From: Eledone cirrhosa
Lineage: Eukaryota
Direction: 5' to 3'
DNA: 64,000 nucleotides
NCBI GenBank assembly: GCA_964016885.1
Contig: CAXHJY010000287.1
Location: 1-64,000 of the forward strand
Shown here: positions 50,173 through 64,000 of the stretch, one piece after another
Layout: each line of letters starts with the position of its first letter
How positions within the stretch are numbered: the stretch's first letter is position 1
Program-made: the position numbers and the translations under genes
The notes under the pieces: generated by a model
Database searches by the model: none
Told to the model about the DNA's origin: nothing
Seen by the model: the letters and a program-made list of their open reading frames with translations, nothing else

Positions 50173-53100
50173 GTATATATATGTATATACATATATACAT
50201 ATATAGATACATATATATATATACATATATATATGTACATATATATATATATTATATATTATATATATAATATATTATATATATTATATATTATATATAT
50301 AATATATTATATATATAATATATTATATATATAATATATTATATATATAATATATTATATATATATATATTATATATATATATTATATATATATATATAT
50401 ATATTATATTATATATATTATATATATATATATATATTATACATATATATTATATATATATATTATACATATATATTATATATATATATTATACATATAT
50501 ATTATATATATATATTATACATATATATTATATATATATATTATACATATATATTATATATATATATTATACATATATATTATATATATATATTATACAT
50601 ATATATTATATATATATATTATACATATATATTATATATATATATTATACATATATATTATATATATATATTATACATATATATTATATACATATATTAT
50701 ACATATATATTATATACATATATTATACATATATATTATATATATATATTATACATATATATTATATATATTATATTATATATATATATTATATATATAT
50801 ATTATATATATTATATTATATATTTATATATATATATTATATATATATTATATATTATATATATATATTATATATATATATTATATATATATATTATATA
50901 TATATATTATATATATATTATATATATATATTATATATATATTATATATATATATATATTATATATATATTATATATATATATTTATATTTTATATATAT
51001 ATTATATATATATTATATATATATTATATTATATATATATATTATATATATATATTAAATATATATATTAAATATATATATTATATATATATATTATATA
51101 TATTATATATATATTATATATATATTATATATATACATATTATATATATATATTATATATATTATATATATATTATATATATATTATACATATATATTAT
51201 ATATATTATACATATATATTATATATATATATTATATATATATATTATATATATTATATATATATATTATATATATATATTATATACATATTATATATAT
51301 TATATATATATATTATATATATATTATATATATATTATATATATATAATATATATATTGTACATATATATTATATATATTATATATATATATTATTTATA
51401 TATATTATATTATATATATTATATTATATATATTATATTATATATATTATATTATATTATATATATTATATTATATATATATATTATATATATTATATAT
51501 AATATATATTATATATATATATTATATATATTCTATTATATATATTATATATAATATATATATATATTATATATATAATATATATATATATTATATATAT
51601 AATATATATTATATATAGTATATATATATTTATTATATATTATATATATTATATATATATATATATTATATATATTATATATATATTATATATATTATTA
51701 TATATATATTATATATATATATATATTATATATATGTTATATATATTATATATTACATATATATATATATATTATATATATATTATATATATTATATATT
51801 ACATATATATATATATATTATATATATATTATATATATTATATATTACATATATATATATATATTATATATTATATATATATTATATATATTATATATAT
51901 TTTATATATTATATATATTATTTATATATATTATATATATTATATATATTTTATATATTATATATATTTTATATATTATATATATTATATATATTTTATA
52001 TATTATATATATTTTATATATTATATATTATATATATTTTATATATTATATATATTTTATATATTATATATTATATATATATTATATATATTTTATATTA
52101 TATATAATATATATAATATATATAATATATATAATATATATAATATATATAAAATATAAATTATATATATAATATATATAATATATATAATATATATAAT
52201 ATATATAATATATATAAAATATAAATTATATATATAATATATATAATATATATAATATATATAATATATATAAAATATAAATTATATATATTATATAAAA
52301 TATATATAATATATATAATATATAAATTATATATATAATATATATATTATATATATAATATATATATTGTATATAATATATAAAATATATATATTATATT
52401 ATATATATTACATATATTATATATATTATATATATTATATTATATATATTATATTATATATATTATATTATATTATATATATTATATTATATATATATAT
52501 TATATATATATATAATATATATTATATATATTATATATAATATATATTATATATATATATTATATATATTCTATTATATATATTATATATAATATATATA
52601 TATATTATATATATAATATATATTATATATAGTATATATATATATTATATATTATATATATTATATATATATTATATTATATATTATATATATTATATAT
52701 ATATTATATATTATATATTATATATATTATATATATATTATATATATTATTATATATATTATATATATTATATATATTATATATATATATATTATATATA
52801 TTATATATATATTATATATATTATTATATATATATTATACATATATATATAATATATATATATTATATATATATTATATATATTATATATATATATTTAT
52901 ATTATATATATATATTATATATATATTATATATATATATTTATATTATATATATATATTATATATATATATTAAATATATATATTATATATATATATTAA
53001 ATATATATATTATATATATATATTATATATATATTATATATATTATATATTACATATATATATATATATTATATATTATATATATATTATATATATTATA

Positions 53101-53760
53101 TATATTATATATATTATTTATATATATTATATATATTATATATATTTTATATATTATATATATTTTATATATTATATATATTTTATATATATATATATTT
53201 TATATATTATATATTATATATATAATATATATATTATATATATTTTATATATTATATATATTTTATATATTATATATATTTTATATATATATATATTTTA
53301 TATATTATATATTATATATATAATATATATATTATATATATTTTATATATATATATATTTTATATATTATATATTATATATATAATATATATATTATATA
53401 TATTTTATATATTTTATATATATAATATTTATATTTTATATATAATATTTATATTTTATATATTATATATATTATATATATTTTATATATTTTATATATT
53501 ATATATAATATATATAATATATATAATATATATAATATATATAACTTATATATATAATATATATAATATAAAATATATATAATATATATAATATATATAA
53601 TATATAAAATATATATAATATATATAATATATAAATTATATATATAATATATATATTATATAAAATATATATATTATATTATATATATTTTATATATTAT
53701 ATATATTATATATAATTTATATATTATATATATTATATATATTATATATATATATTATAA
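50131..53760. repeat. (TA)n/TATTA low-complexity array
   Basis: Directly visible. Confidence 0.96.
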
Positions 53761-53881
53761 TTATTATTTCGATCGAGTAAAGTTAAGTTTATTTGATTTG
53801 GGATATTTCAAATATCAAATTTACATAACCTTTACAAATCAACTGTTTATCTCGATGGTTAGTGCAGTTAGTCGATATCTG

Positions 53882-53980
53882 AAACATATGGAGTTCAATG
53901 ATTCTTTACGGGCACCGGTCATTTATGGATGGAAAATAAATGACCGGTGCCCCTAAAGAATCATTGGACTCCATACGTTT
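53882..53980. repeat. 45-bp-arm hairpin, MITE-like
   Basis: aaacatatggagttcaatgattctttacgggcaccggtcatttat / ataaatgaccggtgcccctaaagaatcattggactccatacgttt. Confidence 0.85.
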
Positions 53981-55497
53981 TACGCAATTTTCTAAAGAGC
54001 TATATAAATGTATCGGCTGTATTTACAGCTAATTTCGCGTTTTGGTTTCTCACATTGTGTGCGTGTTTATGCGCTTGGGTGTGTACACACATATTTGAAG
54101 TTAAATATTTTTTTGGATTTCGCCAACAATCATCGGATAGCGTCGTTTATCGCCCAGATACTTGACACATTCAGCCATATTGGAAAAATGATTCAGTTTG
54201 ATGGTACTCGAACTCGGGGACCAGATGAATAGGAAGGTTTACTTCCCATCATTGTCATTTATTGTCAACATCGCTTCCTTCGGTCACCCGCTCCAACTTA
54301 TATCATTGCTGATGCCCACCTCCTTCAGAACCTGGCAACACGTAGTCTTCAACTGTACGAAACATCTCCGTCATCAAATTAATTGTAAACTGATTGAGGG
54401 CGTGCTTTATCCTGTTTATAGGCTATTTCTCAGTCACCTCAGTTCTACGAGAAGGAAGCCAGCACTACTACTCCGAATTAGTACATCAGTCTTCTGCTGT
54501 GGGCATATTTTGCTGCCCACATGATGCGTCATTATGATGAGACGGCCCAGTGTACTTTACGTTCCATGAAAATGTTCTACAACGATACAGACCACTGCCA
54601 CTCTTTCATTCTACAACATTTCCACGCTCATCCCAAACTAATATTTCTCATTGAATATGACAACAATGGAGTTGGTGAGAACGTTAATGACACTGACACA
54701 TTTATGTAACGATGAATGAGGATTAGGAAGCTGATGTTTATCGTATTAATTGAGACTGAAATTCTGCCATAGCCCTAGTCATGGAGCCTTAGTTAATAGA
54801 TATGTAGGCTTTACGTATGTCAAAGAATTAGATGATGCCCATAATGTTATCGAATATCTATCGATAATGTTTTAGTGTGTATTAAATTATACGTCATTTC
54901 CAGCTAGGCAAACATACATTGTTTTTGCAGTTGTTGTATCTGGTCTCAATATCAACTTCGTTTGGGGAGAAGAAATTCTCTCTGTGACTCTTTCTTACGA
55001 AATACGTATGTTGCCAGGGAAAATCATTCACACCCAAATTATATATATTTCTTTCAAAGTGTGAATGAACATTTGCTTTCTTTTTAAGGTGGGTGTAAGC
55101 CTGTGGTTCGTAGCTGTTAATTATTTAGATGTCGAAGTAGGGCGCACCAATATATTTTAATAAAGTATCCACATCCCTCGGGGCTGAAAACTCCAAACCA
55201 TTGGTTCTGCTTTGGCACACACAACATTTAGAATATTTCCACACTTAAATTCATTTAGAAATATCCAAACCTGTGGTTGTGATAATAAACACGTTTTAAC
55301 AAAGCAATAAACTGAAAATATGTGTAATAACAGAACAGCAACAATAATGGGGATAATAGCAAATGCATAAAATCAAGAAGACGAAGGAGATAACAAAGAC
55401 GATGACGAAGAAGGAAACTTCATAGACGAAGAAAACAATGAAGAATGAGATGACACCGACGAAGACAAAGATGCTGATGATGATGATAAAGAACATG

Positions 55498-55870
55498 ATG
55501 ATGAATGCAAAAATACTGTTTTCTTTATTTTCAAGTACCTGTCTTTTTTATTTTTGAAATACACTGCAAATATTACTTCGATATTCTGTTATTATATGTA
55601 TATATATGGTTTATCATTCAACTCTTATATTTGTTACAACGAAAAGCCACATAAATTTATAAAGTAATACATCCTACGCATGATGATGTTCTTATACTGG
55701 AATTTTATTTAAAATACTTTGTAACTCCTTTATTGCTGCAATGACATATACCTTCGGAGGAAAAGCACCACATTCACTATAATATCTGAAAGAAAGCAAT
55801 ATCAAATACGAGATTGATACTATGAATATGCAATATTTTCGCGTTGCCCTGGTAACTTATCTCTGGGCAT
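55498..55870 (+). repeat. Diverged ~370-bp direct repeat; partner at 58408-58770
   Basis: Collinear anchors gatgaatgcaaaaa, tattttcaagt, caaatattactt, ctacgcatgat, atactatgaatatg, acttatctctg.gcat. Confidence 0.8.
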
Positions 55871-56089
55871 CAAAGGATATAACAATAAAAACACAATCAA
55901 GAAAATCTGTCTAAAAGAGTTGTAGATTACGTTATGACATATATTCCCATATACTGGATAAAATGTTGTACATTTTGAAGGAAATCGGAGGGTGATATGT
56001 CTATAAAAAGAGGTTTCAACTGTTTATCTCAGCGTAATGACATGTTCTGGGGACTGAGCAATATTTATTATAGTTCCTTCTTTCTTACA

Positions 56090-56532
56090 CTTTCTGTTTG
56101 CCTCTCTCTCACTCTCTCAATCTCTCTCACTCTCTCTCACTATTTCTATATCTCACTCTTTCTCTCATCCACTCTTTCTCTCACTCACTCGTTCTCTCTC
56201 TCACTCTTTCTCTCACTCACTCTTTCTCTCACTCACTCTTTCTCTCACTCACTCCTTCTCTCACTCTCTCTCTCTCTCACTCTCTCTCACTCTCTCTCTC
56301 ACAATCTCACTCTCACAATCTCACTCTCTCGTACTCTCTCACTTTTACTCCCCCCCCCCCCGCTCTCGCTATCTCGTACTCACTCTCTCGCTATCTGGCT
56401 CTCTCTCGCTCTCTCACTCTTTCTCTCACCCACTCTTTCTCTCACTCGTTCTCTCTCTCACTCTCACTCTCGCTCACCCTTTCTCTCTCTCTCACTCTCT
56501 CCCACTCTCTCTCACTCTTTCTATCTCTCACC
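56090..56532. repeat. (CT)n/CTCA microsatellite
   Basis: Directly visible. Confidence 0.93.
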
Positions 56533-56834
56533 GTGATGTTTGCCTAGCTGCTACAATGTGAAACCCAAGCAGATATCACGTGGCTAAGAAAGGAACATTT
56601 TACTGCAGAATCAAGAGTAAACAATAAAGGACCCTATAAAATGTACATACATGGAAAAAAGAGTAACATGCAAAAGTAGATTACCTCGACATGTATAGAC
56701 CTGTTTATTTCACTATAGCTTAGTACTTGCACGTACATAAACATAAATATTAACAGACACATGTACACAAGCGTTTTTTATATATACATATGTGTAAATG
56801 TGGCTGTTTATGTATGTATGTATATGTGTTTATG

Positions 56835-56875
<41 letters not shown>

Positions 56876-57068
56876 ATGTGTTTATGTATGTGTGTATATA
56901 TATATGTATGTGTGTATATATATGTGTATGTATATATATATATATATATATACGTATGTATGTGTGTATGTATATGTATGTAAGTACGTATACATATATA
57001 TATGCATGTATGTGTTTGTATTTACATGCATGTATGTGTATATATATATATGCATGTATGTGTGTGCG

Positions 57069-57108
<40 letters not shown>

Positions 57109-57639
57109 CGCAAAAATTTAGATAATATATTATTACGTTATTTATATACGTATATGAATGTGTATCGATTTAATATTCATGAGCTGCTTTTTTTCTGCTG
57201 AGAAATTTGAAAGGTTTCTATACATTTATGATTTGTCAAAACCCAATGCATCTTACTTTCTTTATTCAGAATGTTCTGATATCTATATGGCCTTTTGTTT
57301 CAGTTTTTCTCCATCGGCATTATGCTGTACATTCTAGTGTTCGTATATGCATGTGATATTTTATTATTCCATTAGTATCAATTCCTACATATGCTACAAA
57401 ATAAGAAATCGTATCATTGTATTTTTTTGTTAGGTTGATTCCTTTTATTTAACCATATTTTTAATCCTACTTATCGATATATTTATTATTATTAATATCA
57501 TCAAGTTTGATGTGATGTTTGATTCGATAGAGCGTTGGAGAATATGCATTTCGATATAGTTTTGGCTTTACTTTTAAAACCCAATCGGATCAGTATTGCG
57601 TCTATGAAATTATGTACGAAGAGGATGCAATGAGGAGGT

Positions 57640-58250
57640 ATAGTATTTTTGTCTGCAATCATTCGTTGTACTGTCTATTTGCATATATCCTTCTGTCGAT
57701 TTGGACAGAACAGTTCCATAGGACTGAGATATGCCATTTTTCAGGTAATACAGGTGGTTTGAGTTCCCAACAGCTTTTATAGTGTGGCGGGTCCAGGTTC
57801 TTCCAAATTGCACAGTGGATATTCTGTGCAGCTCTAGCATGCCTGTTGTGAAATAATGAGGGCGAAAGAATGCTACAGATTGAGACAATTTGATCAATGT
57901 ATTCAGGTTATTATTTACATATTCCAAGGGCGGTGAATTGGCAGTATCGGTAGAGGGTTGGATGCCATGCTTTCCAGCATAGTTACGTCCCTTTACGTTC
58001 TGAGTTCAAATCCCGCCGAGGTTAACTTTGCCTTTCATCCTTACGGGGGTCGATAAAATAAATTACCAGTAATATACTGCGTAATTGCTGGCCTTGTGAC
58101 AAAAGTAGAAACAATTATTTACATATTCCATAACTCGGGCTATTGTCGTTCTTTAAGACGTTAGCATGATAGTTTCTGCTAGGAAGGCATTGATCTATGG
58201 CTGATATGATAAACCATTTTGTTTCCGATTATAAGACACTGATGGTTATT
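57640..58250 (-). mobile_element. R4/Dong-like (RLE-type) non-LTR retrotransposon fragment, interrupted by a SINE
   Basis: With the SINE removed: SETKWFIISAIDQCLPSRNYHANVLKN..ICK**PEYIDQIVSICSILSPSLFHNRHARAAQNIH..VLWNCSVQIDRRIYANR. Confidence 0.8.
57927..58113 (+). mobile_element. Full-length tRNA-derived SINE family 1 with 17-bp TSD
   Basis: A-box-like tggcagtatcgg and B-box gagttcaaatcc; attatttacatattcca at 57910-57926 and 58114-58130. Confidence 0.92.
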
Positions 58251-60373
58251 TTTAGTTCTCTCTTTGTATTTACCACGGATAGGTTTTCCTATCTATTTGC
58301 TGGTAAGATTCTTTAAATCTGAAATCTGCATATTTAATCAGTGTTTAGATTTTAAAAAATGGAACAAAGTCAAGCAGAATATGGTGAGAAGTAGGGAGAG
58401 GATGACGGTGATGAATGCAAAAAATGTATTTTTTTCATATTTTCAAGTTCCTGTCATATTTTAATTCAAATCTTGAACAAATATTACTTTGATATTACTA
58501 TCATTATATATATTTTCATGTAGTATTTTATTAGTTCCAACAAACTCACAGCAATTTATAAAGTGATATTTTCTACGCATGATTACGTTTTATCCCCTCA
58601 TTTTATTTAAACATATTTAAGTCCTTTATTGACGCAATGTCTTATAGCCTAGGAGGAAAAGTTCTACAAAGAAATTGGCTATAATATATAAAGGAATTCA
58701 ATATCAAAACCGAGATCAATACTATGAATATGTAATATTTTCGTTGCTCTGGTTACTTATCTCTGAGCATTTTTTTGTCAGTGTTGAACTGTCTGTACTT
58801 GTTTTGAATTTATCTAATTATGTGTGTTATTTATGTGGAATGTATATAAATGTTTTAGTGTTTTAAAACAGGTTTTAGTATCTATTCATTTTGTACATAA
58901 CTTTTGAATCAAAGTGTGGCAATTTTCAAAGACAATTCAAATTGTATGATTCCAAACCGTTTTGTCTGAATTTGTATCATGCATTCTATTCATTGTCAAC
59001 AAATACCGAACGTTTTTATCAAGTATACAGATTTCAGCATCTCGCTAGTTAATGACATTGAAACTATAAGATACGGTATGTAGGCATAAATCATTAATAG
59101 CTCCCGTTTGGCTTTGATTTGAATCGATACACATTCATAACAAACATTGTTATTGATATTTTCCCTCATCATTGAGTGTTTAATTCCGCGATCATAATAT
59201 TTGTAGCCCTCCTCTGGATCTAAAGCCTTTATGAAAATTTGTTAATCCAGTTCAAAGCTAAATGCTTTTGTCAACTTCTCTCTGATAAAGGTAACTTATG
59301 TGCATTTATAAAGGCCAAATTCGACTCCAATGCCATTATTAAATCGTTTCATATCTCATAAAAATACATTGTTTTATCCTAGTTATTTTTGTAAAGAGCT
59401 TTAAATCTTCTTTACTGAAAGTTGAGCTATAGTTTTATCATGAATTGTACAGCCATATGTTTCACTGAGTAATCTCGATAAAGATATCAGAGCTAGACAA
59501 AATGCGAGTGTGATTGTGTGATTGTTTTTTTTTTTGAGAGTGACACTCTGACACACATGAGATTTCAACATCTTTTGCTTTCGGGGTTTACGTGTTGTTA
59601 TTCAAAATTAGATTATTTTTCTATGATCCCTGAATTAAAGATGTGGGAACAGTACTCAATAGAAGGCAGATATGTGTATCGATAAAGATGAACCATTTGG
59701 TTTCGTTCGGAGTACATTCATTCAAAGCATTACTAATGACACATTGAATATATAATCATGGATATAGAGTGCTCAAAACTATTATTCGCAATATTGACGG
59801 CAGTGAAACAATGAAACCGACTGACAATATGCTAAAAAATAAAAACGATGAGAAGGAAAATAATTGCAGTATTCAAACTAAGAGTATATTTTACCTCTCA
59901 TAAAGCAATTAATAGTTTATATTTGCGCTTTGGTTCTAAAAAGATAGAGCTAAGGTAGGTCAGTAACCCCAAACAGTAGCAATCAATAAACAATTTTAGA
60001 AAATTAAAGAGTAGTGCAACCAGCATAACACTATATCGCAGATCTACAAATAAACTATAATTTACTACGTCTTTGGCTTTATGCTGCATACTACAAGTAA
60101 TTTATTTTTTCAAAATTAAATTGTCTGAGAATTTAGACAAAAATATAACCAGTATCACAACGCTTTTATCTCAACTAATAACTGAGACAAAGTTCAAATT
60201 GTAATTTGCTAAGAATACAGTGTCTAGTGATTATAATATTTTTTTACGGTTATAAATTATTATCATAAATCTGTATAATCAACCAGAGAATCTATTTTCG
60301 CAAATATATTTTTATATATGTAGACCTAATACACACAGTTTATTTACACACACATACACACACACGTAGACCA

Positions 60374-60490
<117 letters not shown>

Positions 60491-61009
60491 ATATACATGC
60501 ATGCACACGCACACATACGTGTATGTGTGTGTGCGTGTCTGTTTGGATATACGTGTGTCTGGGTGTTACAGTATTGGCGAGCGGATTTGAATTAAGTTCA
60601 GCTACATGAAATGTTTCATCATTTTATATAGTTAACAAAATTATTTGAAGTTGTTTTGCAATCAATTATTAAAGCAGGTAACACAATGGCTGATTGTAAG
60701 GTGGAAGTATTTTTAGATATGCAATCACGTGTTCATATTGTGCTATCATATGATTATTAAAACAGCTGTGTTCCTGAGGACGTGATATAATTCAACTTGC
60801 TCTAGTTATAATTCTACATTGTTGAAACGAAATCTCAGGCCCCAAGTCTCTTGAGTTGTCCATTTATGTCTAAGCTGAAATGGTGAAAATACAATGGCTA
60901 GAAGGTCTGGACAGAAGATACTGAATGTTTATGATCAGGTATATCTTTTTCGACATTATCTACCAATTCGACTGTAGGCTTACTATTACATATAAACAAT
61001 ACATCTGAA

Positions 61010-61328
61010 GGTGCGCGGCTTTGTTGTTAGGGTATTCAGCTCACAATCGTAAGATCATGAGTTCGACTCCCGGTGGCGCGTAGTGTCCTTGAGCAAGACA
61101 CTTTATTTCCCGTCCTTCCAATCTCTTCAACTGGCAAACATGAGTTGTAGCTGTAGTGCAGAGGAACTGCCTTTTCACAAACTATGTCACACTGCGTCTT
61201 CTTGATAACTCCGTAAATTATACGCCTGTTTGTGAAATGCTGAGCCACTTGCACATTAATTTCCCGAGCAGGCTGTTCCGTTGATTGGGTCAACAGGAAC
61301 ACACATCGTCGTAACTGACGGAGTGTCC
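61010..61328 (+). mobile_element. tRNA-derived SINE family 3
   Basis: B-box gagttcgactcc, then tgtccttgagcaagacacttt; reverse fragment at 48044-48077. Confidence 0.8.
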
Positions 61329-61852
61329 CCATAACATTCATACTTTATATATTTTCAAAAGCTATATTTAACAAAATAATATTTTTCAGAGGGGGTTTAA
61401 TACATAGAAAACTACATCAGCGTGTCACATATAGGCAGGACCTCTGAGGATATGTATTGACTCAACTGTATGTGTGGATTCCCAAGCCCATGTTTAAGTG
61501 TTTATATTGAAATGTAGCGTTTCTATAAAATTACTTGAATCTATTTATTGCATTGAAAAACATATTGCCAAACACATTCACCGAAATATTATACATGGTT
61601 CACTATACACACAACAATCACATAAAAGACAGAGACACAAACACACACAGACATGCATATATATATATATACGTGTGTGTGTGTGTGTGTATATATATAT
61701 ATTATTTAAATGACAGATTAAAGTTTTAGCAAAGAATCGCTGCTTTCACCCTTAACGGGATCTTCTGAAACTAACAAAGTCAATTTGTAAACGCAGAAGT
61801 AAATATTTCAAAAAACGTTGCAACCGGAGGAAGACGATACTTTGGTTCGTGG

Positions 61853-62114
61853 GAACGTTCCCTGGCAAAGAACCGAAAAAAAGCGAATATAATACGTCAT
61901 TATTTAGAGCGGTGAAAAACAATTACACGCAAAGACAGAACCACGTTTATGGTATAAAAGAGGTCGTAGACTAATGTTCTCTTAGGTGGTTCATAGAGAC
62001 GTTCTCTGGTAATGAACGGAAAAAACGAAGATAATACGTCATATGTGGAGCGTGGAGAACAATTGCACGCAAAGACAAAACCCCGTAAATGGTATAACTG
62101 AAGTCGTAGACTAA
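61853..62114. repeat. Two diverged ~120-bp tandem copies
   Basis: ataatacgtcat, aacaatt.cacgcaaagaca, atggtataa and gtcgtagactaa each occur twice. Confidence 0.8.
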
Positions 62115-62322
62115 AATTCTAACTAGGAGACCGAATGATTCTCCGCTTCAGAGTTAAGAATAAAGTAAATAAAATAGAATACATAGGTAATAGAAATTAA
62201 ATAAATACATACACGCATGCAAATACGTACATACACAAGCATACGCGAAAACACTTGCCATAGGTATACACAACCACGCACATAAATATGTGTGTTTGTG
62301 TGTGCTTGTATACAAATAAATA

Positions 62323-63289
62323 ATTAAACTAGACATGAAAAATGCGCAAGCTCAAAAGTGCCACAGAATGTTATAATAAACCTTCAAAAGTGTGGGACTA
62401 GAGTTGTTGCTAAAAAATATTGTAATCATTATATATCGTACATTCTGTGGCATCCTTTATAAAAATAGCTTAAACCAACGAAGCCTTTATTTTTACGCTA
62501 TTTCACTTAGTTAATTCTTAGAGTGTAACATATAAAAATATGATTTACAACTATAAAATAAATTAATTAATATAATAACAGAGCTGCGGAGCTGAAATTT
62601 AGGAAATAATGGAGTATCGGATCCTGAGTTGGAGCCAGTCAATTTTTGACCGACTCCGCAGCCCTGTATAATACATTTCATATTAAAGTTATTAATAAAC
62701 CTATTTTACACTTCATGCAAATTACCACGAGATATTGATATTAGATATAAGATACAGCGCAATATCTACAGCTGTAAAAGTACGAAAGCGAAGTAATAAT
62801 AAGTGGCTTAAGGTAATTCCAATATGAAAGTTTGTAGTGATAAAAATTTGATAATGCAATACGATTGTTAATATTATAGTTCTATGAAAATGTAACAATA
62901 GATAACTAAATTATTTTACTATTAGTATATTTAAGAAATTATCATTATAGATTTGATCGTTCATATAAGCATCATATTAAGTTTCAACACAATTATTTTG
63001 TTACTATGAGTATATGATAATAATATTACGTAATTATTTATAGCTGTTATTACATTAAACATAGATGTATTTATTTTTATATGTTACACTCTAAGAATTA
63101 ACTAAGTGAAATAGCGTAAAAATAAAGGCTTCGTTGGTTTAAGCTATTTTTATAAAGGATGCCACAGAATGTACGATATATAATGATTACAATATTTTTT
63201 AGCAACAACTCTAGTCCCACACTTTTGAAGGTTTATTATAACATTCTGTGGCACTTTTGAGCTTGCGCATTTTTCATGTCTAGTTTAAT
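62323..63289. mobile_element. Fold-back/MITE-like element with ~218-bp inverted repeats
   Basis: 62323-62540 is the reverse complement of 63072-63289, apparently without mismatch. Confidence 0.85.
62579..62666. mobile_element. 88-bp hAT-like MITE nested in the above
   Basis: Ends cagagctgcggag / ctccgcagccctg; 8-bp flanks tataataa / tataatac. Confidence 0.65.
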
Positions 63290-63844
63290 ATTTTTTTAAG
63301 GCAACGCTTGTAATAACTCTAGTTAAACAGGATATATATTAATAATAAATTATCGTTGTAATGTAATTAGATTATGTAATTGTTATTATAAATTATCTTA
63401 TAAATATTAGTGTAAGATGTATAAAAATATTTTCAGACTTTTAATATAAACAACTACAAAAAACAATCAATATTAAATCAATATATTATACATAATAGAA
63501 AACATAAAATATACAATACAAAAACAAAATATTTACATACAATTGCAACAATTATCAGTGTATATACATTTTCTTTATATTCCCTGAGCAAATTAATAAG
63601 ATTTGTTTTTATTGTACATAATTTGATGACTTGTTGGAGTGTATTAAAAGATAGCAACAATTTGTGATTAAATTGTTATCTTAAGCAACTCACTTTTTAA
63701 TAGTTGTTGGCTGAGCGAAATTGTAAAAGCCTATGAGCAAATATAAAAAAAAATACACAAACAACATTTCCTTGTGTTATTACAACATTAGATAAAATAA
63801 TTGAGCAATGTCGTTATATTTTGCTCTTATTGCACATTAATAGT

Positions 63845-64000
63845 GTTTCTATTTTTCGGCACAAATCCATTACGGCAGTCCATTACTGGTACTTTATTTT
63901 ATCGAATTAGTAAGTATGAAAGTCGAAGTTAACCTCGGCAGGATTTGAACTTAGAATGCAAAGGACCATAACAATACTGCAAAGCATGGTGTCTGACGCT
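63845..64000 (-). mobile_element. SINE family 1, runs off the window end
   Basis: Same body and ggatttgaac B-box. Confidence 0.85.

Noticed and set aside
54130-54560. Possible old RTE-like LINE 3' remnant or exon
   Set aside because: No convincing motif in the frames examined by eye
55375-55505. Asp/Glu-rich coding-like stretch
   Set aside because: Degenerate GAY/GAA trinucleotide repeat with an in-frame stop and no clear splice sites
57929-58020. tRNA gene
   Set aside because: It is a SINE head: it continues into the SINE body, is bounded by a TSD, and has no clean cloverleaf

Overview
This is an AT-rich eukaryotic intergenic or intronic window with no recognisable host gene. It is probably from a cephalopod (Octopus-like), inferred from my recollection of the SINE families and the huge (TA)n tracts. 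Roughly half the window is interrupted (TA)n/(TATG)n microsatellite, which produces all the long 'IYIYIY' ORFs (artefacts). The unique-sequence islands between the microsatellites are mostly retroelement pieces. The main hidden signal is a dense set of minimal type I hammerhead ribozyme (HHR) motifs: 13 copies with intact cores from 7 sequence families, plus 3 degenerate ones. They sit in Penelope-like (PLE) pseudo-LTRs and in a non-coding 310-312 bp retrozyme-like unit that occurs at two loci as tandem copies followed by an inverted copy. Also present are two PLE GIY-YIG remnants, five copies of a ~610 bp bipartite RTE-derived element stacked in one TATG array, 3' fragments of CR1-like, Tx1/L1-like and R4/Dong-like LINEs, tRNA-derived SINEs (one a fold-back palindrome with a TSD), and MITE-like inverted repeats. 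Everything was read by eye; no folding or database searches were run.
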